This document shows positions 58,831 to 64,000 of a stretch of DNA of 64,000 nt, piece by piece. Both the position numbers and the translations under genes were made by a program. Source of the stretch: Candidatus Omnitrophota bacterium (lineage in GTDB: Bacteria; Omnitrophota; Gorgyraeia; Gorgyraeales; Gorgyraeaceae); assembly GCA_030649895.1 (NCBI GenBank), contig JAUSEX010000040.1, positions 16,839-80,838 of the forward strand, written 5' to 3'. The notes beneath the pieces are model-generated. The model ran no database searches, was not told where the DNA came from, and was given only the letters and a program-made list of their open reading frames with translations. Within the stretch, counting starts at the first letter, position 1. The number at the start of each line of letters is the position of its first letter.

Positions 58831-60365
58831 AAAAATTTTATATAACAACGCCTTTATATTATGTAAACAGCGTTCCTCATATAGGGCATTCTTATACAAA
58901 TATTGCCTGCGATACGCTCGCGAGATACAAAAGGCTTATGGGGGACGAGGTCTTATTTGTCACGGGTACTGACGAGCATGGCCAGAAGATAAAAGACGCG
59001 GCGCAGGCGAAAGGCCTGGAGCCCAAGGAGTTTGTTGACACCATAGTGCCGATTTTCCTGGGGCTATGGAAAAAACTGGAAATAGATTATACTGATTTTA
59101 TTCGCACGACAGAACCAAGGCATGAGAAAGTGGTAAAAGAAATATTGGAGATGTTTCATGAAAAAGGGGATTTGTATGAAGGCGAATACAGCGGCTGGTA
59201 TTGCACTCCATGCGAAAGCTTCTGGATAGAAACGCAGCTTATAGACGGAAATTGCCCGGACTGTCAGAGAAAAGTTGAACATATAAAAGAAAGGAATTTT
59301 TTCTTTAAGCTTTCGAAATATCAGGATTGGCTCATAGATTATATAAAATCGCACGATGATTTTATATTGCCTGCAATGCGGCGCAACGAGATGCTCGGTT
59401 TTTTAAAAAATCCTTTGAGCGATCTATGCGTATCCAGGCCGAAATCAAGGCTATCGTGGGGCATAGAAATACCTTTCAGCAAAGATCATGTTACGTACGT
59501 GTGGTTTGACGCCCTGATAAATTATATAAGCGTGTGCGGATACGGAAGCGATACTGAAAAGTTCAATAAATTTTGGCCGGCTGACGTGCATATGATCGGA
59601 AAAGATATCTTAAGGATGCATGCGGTCAATTGGCCTATTATGCTTCACACTGCAGGATTAGAACTGCCAAAGACAATCTTTGCGCATGGCTGGTGGAAGA
59701 TAGGCGGCGACAAGATGTCCAAGTCAAAAGGCAATGTTGTAAATCCCATCGAGATGGTTGATAAATACGGGGTGGATGCGTACAGATTTTTTCTTCTAAA
59801 AGAGGTTCAGTTTGGGGCGGATGGGTCATTTTCAGAAGAGGCGTTGATTTCTAGGATCAATAGCGATCTCGCAAATGACCTGGGGAACCTTTTGCATAGG
59901 ACCTTAGCGATGGTAGAGAAGTATTTTTCCGGCGTCGTGCCGGAAAGAAGAGACCTGAAACATTCAGATGAAGTTACGAAAGCGCTTATCGATAAAGCCG
60001 GGACTCTTGGTCCTGAAATAATAAAAGGCATGGATAATATGGATTTTAGCTACTCCCTCAACGGTATATGGGGTTTGATAAGCACGGCAAATAAATTTAT
60101 AGAGCAGAAAGCGCCGTGGAAATTATCAAAAGAAAACAAACAGGATGAACTGAAAGACATGATGTATGATCTATGCGGGGTCCTTAGCATGGTGGCAGTG
60201 GCATTGGCGCCGTTTATGCCCGACACATCGGTTAAAATAGCGGGGCAGCTCGGCCTTAAGGGTATAGAAAAAATGAATTTTAATGATTTAAAATGGGGCG
60301 TACTTAAATCAGGTACGAAGATTAACAAGGCTGCGCCTCTTTTTCCCAGGATCGAAACAACCTGA
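58827..60365 (+). CDS. metG: Methionine--tRNA ligase (short form, no C-terminal tRNA-binding appendix)
   Basis: YITTP.YYVN..PHIGH, GTDEHG, YVWFDAL.NY, KMSKS. Confidence 0.96.
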   Translation: MKKFYITTPLYYVNSVPHIGHSYTNIACDTLARYKRLMGDEVLFVTGTDEHGQKIKDAAQAKGLEPKEFVDTIVPIFLGLWKKLEIDYTDFIRTTEPRHEKVVKEILEMFHEKGDLYEGEYSGWYCTPCESFWIETQLIDGNCPDCQRKVEHIKERNFFFKLSKYQDWLIDYIKSHDDFILPAMRRNEMLGFLKNPLSDLCVSRPKSRLSWGIEIPFSKDHVTYVWFDALINYISVCGYGSDTEKFNKFWPADVHMIGKDILRMHAVNWPIMLHTAGLELPKTIFAHGWWKIGGDKMSKSKGNVVNPIEMVDKYGVDAYRFFLLKEVQFGADGSFSEEALISRINSDLANDLGNLLHRTLAMVEKYFSGVVPERRDLKHSDEVTKALIDKAGTLGPEIIKGMDNMDFSYSLNGIWGLISTANKFIEQKAPWKLSKENKQDELKDMMYDLCGVLSMVAVALAPFMPDTSVKIAGQLGLKGIEKMNFNDLKWGVLKSGTKINKAAPLFPRIETT

Positions 60366-60423
60366 GGATCAGCATCGTTGTTTTTCCGGTTGTCTGAAAG
60401 CTTGCACAAAAGGAGTTGGAATA

Positions 60424-61581
60424 ATGAAACAAATATATCTGGATCATAACGCCACAACGCCGGTACGTAAAGAAGTTTTGGAAGCAATGATGCCTTATTT
60501 TTCCGAAGATTACGGAAATGCCTCGAGCGTATATTCAATGGGCCAGAGGGCGAGGCAGGCGGTAGATAAAGCGAGGGAAACTATAGGTAATGCGCTGGGC
60601 ACAGAAGCTACTGATATTATTTTTACTTCAGGGGGCACAGAGTCAAATAATTTTGCCATAAAAGGCGTTGCAATGGCGAATCTGAATAGGGGAAGGCATG
60701 TGATAACGTCTAGCACGGAGCATCTGGCTGTTTTAGAGCCCTGCAGGTTCATAGAAAAGGAATTAGGTTTCGATGTTACGTATCTTCCTGTGGATAAATA
60801 CGGTTTAGTCGATATCAATAAATTAAAAGAGGCTATAAGAAAAGATACGGTTCTCATATCTATAATGTTTGCCAATAATGAGACAGGTACGGTTCAGCCT
60901 GTAAAAGAGATCGCTAAAATAGCCCGCGAGAATAAAATATATTTTCATACAGATGCTGTGCAGGTCCTGGGTAAGATACCTATAGACGTAGAAGACCTGG
61001 GGATCGATATGTGTTCTTTTTCAGGGCATAAGGTTTACGCCCCAAAAGGCATAGGCGCGATGTATCTCAGGAAAGGCGTCAAGATAGCCCCTTTTCAGCA
61101 TGGCGGACATCATGAGAGAAATAAAAGGGCAGGCACGGAAAACGTGCCGGGCATTGTAGGTTTCGCAAAAGCCGTTGAAATAGCCGGAAGGGATATGAAA
61201 AAGAACGATATCCATATAAAGAGGCTCGCAGAAAAGATGTGGGATGGATTGAATAAGGCGCTTAAGGAAATATATCTTAATGGCCATACTGAAAACAGTC
61301 TTTCCAGCACGCTTAATATAAGTTTTAAATATATAGAAGGCGAATCAATGGTGTTGAATTTTGACATGAAAGGCATATTCGCTTCAACAGGCTCTGCCTG
61401 CACCTCCGGGTCTTTAGAGCCTTCGCGTGTATTGACAGCCATGGGCGTTCCTCCTGAGCTGGCTCAAGGGTCTGTAAGGTTTTCTTTTGGATACGAGAAC
61501 ACAGAAGAAGACGTAGATTATTGCCTGGCTGAAATCCCTCCTGTAGTGGAAAGGCTCAGGAAAATGTCTCCTTTATGCTGA
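60424..61581 (+). CDS. iscS: Cysteine desulfurase (IscS/NifS)
   Basis: YLDHNATT, FTSGGTESNN, HTDAVQ, SGHK.Y.PKG, STGSACTSG. Confidence 0.93.
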   Translation: MKQIYLDHNATTPVRKEVLEAMMPYFSEDYGNASSVYSMGQRARQAVDKARETIGNALGTEATDIIFTSGGTESNNFAIKGVAMANLNRGRHVITSSTEHLAVLEPCRFIEKELGFDVTYLPVDKYGLVDINKLKEAIRKDTVLISIMFANNETGTVQPVKEIAKIARENKIYFHTDAVQVLGKIPIDVEDLGIDMCSFSGHKVYAPKGIGAMYLRKGVKIAPFQHGGHHERNKRAGTENVPGIVGFAKAVEIAGRDMKKNDIHIKRLAEKMWDGLNKALKEIYLNGHTENSLSSTLNISFKYIEGESMVLNFDMKGIFASTGSACTSGSLEPSRVLTAMGVPPELAQGSVRFSFGYENTEEDVDYCLAEIPPVVERLRKMSPLC

Positions 61582-62345
61582 TAGATACCCATTGCCATCT
61601 GGATTTTAAAGATTTTAATGATGACAGGCCTGTTGTTTTAAAGCGCGCCAGGGATGGCGGGGTGGGTATTATTATAAATGTCGGATCCAGTCTGGAAGGG
61701 ACAGCCAGGTCTGTGGAGATCGCCAATGAGAACGATTTTATTTATGCGGCTGTCGGCATACATCCCCACGAAGCTGATAGCGTAAGCGAGAAAGATTTTA
61801 AGCTTTTTTCCGGGTTTCTTGACAAGCCGAAGGTTGTGGCAATAGGCGAAATCGGACTGGATTATTATAAAAATATCTCATCCAGGGAAAATCAAAAGAA
61901 ATTATTTACCAGGCTTCTCGAGACTGCAAAAGGCGCAGGCCTGCCTTTAATAATACACAACCGCGATTCCCATCAGGACATGATCGATATTTTAAAAGAT
62001 GTCATGGGTAGTTCAGTGAGCGGAGCGATGCATTGTTTTTCGGGAGATGAAAATTTTTTAAAGATATGCCTGGATATGGGATTTTTTATATCCTTTACCT
62101 GTAATATTACATATAAAAATGCCAATAAGCTTAAAGAGACAGTCAGGTTGGTTCCAATGGACAGGCTTCTTATTGAGACAGATGCCCCGTTTCTGGCCCC
62201 GCAGGATTTCAGGGGCAAGCGTAACGAACCTGTCCATGTTAAGTATGTCGCGGAAGAGGTTGCAAAGATAAAGGGGATTAGTTTCGAGAAGGTTGCAGGC
62301 GTAACTACAGAAAATGCCAGGCGGTTATTCAAGATAAACGCTTAA
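61575..62345 (+). CDS. tatD: TatD-family DNase
   Basis: DTHCH, GIHPH, GEIGLDY, HCFSG, ETDAPFL. Confidence 0.95.
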   Translation: MLIDTHCHLDFKDFNDDRPVVLKRARDGGVGIIINVGSSLEGTARSVEIANENDFIYAAVGIHPHEADSVSEKDFKLFSGFLDKPKVVAIGEIGLDYYKNISSRENQKKLFTRLLETAKGAGLPLIIHNRDSHQDMIDILKDVMGSSVSGAMHCFSGDENFLKICLDMGFFISFTCNITYKNANKLKETVRLVPMDRLLIETDAPFLAPQDFRGKRNEPVHVKYVAEEVAKIKGISFEKVAGVTTENARRLFKINA

Positions 62346-62455
62346 AGCTGTTTTTCGACGAAGTCTATCCAGAGAGAAGCCGATGGGGCTCGAGCAACAT
62401 GTCCTGGGATTGTCGAAGGATATTCTTCGAGCGAATGAGTCGGAAAGACAAGATT

Positions 62456-63484
62456 ATGTCAAATTTTCTTAGGCGCGAACGCGCATATATCTGGATGGCA
62501 ATTTTTATATTAAGCGTCAATCTTCTCGGTATAGGGCATGCGCGCGGAAAAAATTTAAAGGCCAGGAAAAACATATCCTCAATGTCTTTTAAAGACATGG
62601 GCGTTACAGAGGAAAAGATAAAACTATTCCTTGAATCAGAAAGGCCAGGCGCGAAATTTTTTAGATACGGGTTTTTCGCCGGGGTTTTTATGCTTTTGGG
62701 AGGGGCGGTGACGAATCTAATCCTTCTTTTAGGGAGGAAGAAAATAGTCCTTGAAAAAAATCCGGATAAAATATCCGTATCGTGGGGGATAGCGGATGTG
62801 CTAAGGGTGGCTGTTGTAGTGATTTTTTCAGGGTATATGCTGGGGGCGTCAAGCAGCGCGCTTTCGAACCTATTTCATTTTAACATTGACGCTAATCTGG
62901 GCATGATACTGGGCACGTTTTCTATGGATATGATTGCGGGCGCAGCGATATTGTATTTTGTCCTGATAAAATACAAGGAGAGATTGTCCAGCCTCGGCGT
63001 TATGGGAGCCGGTTTTTATAAAAATGTCTTATCCGGGCTTACCGCTTATGTATTTATATTTCCTGTTTTAGTGGCAGTCCTTATTTTATCGATGATGCTA
63101 CTGAACGCAATAGGATATAAATTTCCAGCGCAGCCCGTATTTGATATGTTTTTAGAAGAAAAAAGAAGCAATGTGATTTTATTTTTAACGGTATTTGTAT
63201 CCATCCTGGGCCCTATTATAGAAGAAGTATTTTTCAGGGGATTTTTGTATAGCGCCGCAAGGAAGCGTTTTGGCGTATTGTCCGGGGCGTTGCTCAGCGC
63301 GGTTTTGTTTAGCATACTGCATACAAATATCGCGGGTTTTATCCCGATTATGATACTGGGGATCCTGATGGCGTTTTTATATGAAACGACGGGATCTCTA
63401 ATAGCGCCTATAACCGTTCATATAGTCCATAATTCGATTATAGTGGGTTTTGTATTTTTTATAAAACAGGTTATTCGCGGTTGA
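62456..63484 (+). CDS. CPBP (CAAX/Abi) intramembrane metalloprotease
   Basis: PIIEEVFFRG, FSILH, H..HN motifs; multiple TM helices; start codon uncertain. Confidence 0.88.
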   Translation: MSNFLRRERAYIWMAIFILSVNLLGIGHARGKNLKARKNISSMSFKDMGVTEEKIKLFLESERPGAKFFRYGFFAGVFMLLGGAVTNLILLLGRKKIVLEKNPDKISVSWGIADVLRVAVVVIFSGYMLGASSSALSNLFHFNIDANLGMILGTFSMDMIAGAAILYFVLIKYKERLSSLGVMGAGFYKNVLSGLTAYVFIFPVLVAVLILSMMLLNAIGYKFPAQPVFDMFLEEKRSNVILFLTVFVSILGPIIEEVFFRGFLYSAARKRFGVLSGALLSAVLFSILHTNIAGFIPIMILGILMAFLYETTGSLIAPITVHIVHNSIIVGFVFFIKQVIRG

Positions 63485-63491
63485 GTGAGAG

Positions 63492-64000
63492 ATGAAGACA
63501 AAGGTCAGCATTGTAAAATGCAGGAGTTACGATATAGATGAAGTTCAAAAGGCTGTAAGCAGGGCTTTTGATCTTTTGGGAGGGATAGGGGCCTTTATAA
63601 AAAAAGGCGAACGCGCGCTTATTAAACCTAATATGCTTTCAGCCCGTTTGCCTAAGGACGGGGTATGTACGCACCTGGAAGTAATAAGAGCTGTTGTCAG
63701 ATTAGTCAGAGATTGCGGCGCAGTGGCTTTTATAGGAGATAATCCCGGAGGTTCAATGAGCCCCCTGGCAGTATACGAGGGCGCCGGCTTGAAGGCTCTT
63801 GCAAGCGAAGAAGGCGTGGAGTTAAAAGAAACAAAAGGCGTAAAGATAATAAACGGCGTCCCTATAGCAGCTTATATTTTTGAATGCGATAAAATAATAA
63901 ATCTGCCTAAAATGAAGACTCATAGCCTGATGGGGCTTACGGGGGCGGTTAAAAATATGTACGGCGCTTGCGCAGGACTTCATAAAAGCGAATTGCATAA
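63492..64000 (+). CDS. DUF362 domain protein (3'-partial)
   Basis: Translated by eye: MKTKVSIVKC.SYD...LIKPNML...CTH..V...IGDNPGG...IINLPKMKTH...TGAVKN.YG. Confidence 0.8.
   Translation, partial: MKTKVSIVKCRSYDIDEVQKAVSRAFDLLGGIGAFIKKGERALIKPNMLSARLPKDGVCTHLEVIRAVVRLVRDCGAVAFIGDNPGGSMSPLAVYEGAGLKALASEEGVELKETKGVKIINGVPIAAYIFECDKIINLPKMKTHSLMGLTGAVKNMYGACAGLHKSELH

Overview
Bacterial chromosomal window from a diderm organism, almost all on the + strand. The giant signal-peptide-led mosaic gene and the gene content suggest Candidatus Omnitrophota/PVC; this is inference. In order, the window holds: (1) the 3' end of a class II ribonucleotide reductase and dcd; (2) a 2535-aa mosaic gene (signal peptide, wHTH-like, TM, lysozyme-like, glucan-phosphorylase-like, GGDEF, SAM-methyltransferase-like) behind a near-consensus promoter and a ~250-nt structured leader; (3) gpmA and a TM-helix-repeat/MscS-like membrane gene; (4) a ~13.5-kb type IV pilus/T2SS-like locus with a giant GspK/PilX-like protein, an Ig/FN3 protein, a small MerR HTH, a PilM-PilN fusion, PilO- and PilP-like genes, two tandem secretins and a coupled LacI gene; (5) a long housekeeping run from bamD to a DUF362 gene. 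No rRNA, tRNA, CRISPR array or transposase was seen. The main unexplained signal is several families of small palindromic or heptameric repeats. Some show compensatory changes between copies, and many sit in-frame inside housekeeping genes (radical SAM, lnt, lptE, cysS) or supply a stop codon (uvrC). All calls come from reading motifs by eye; no database searches were run.
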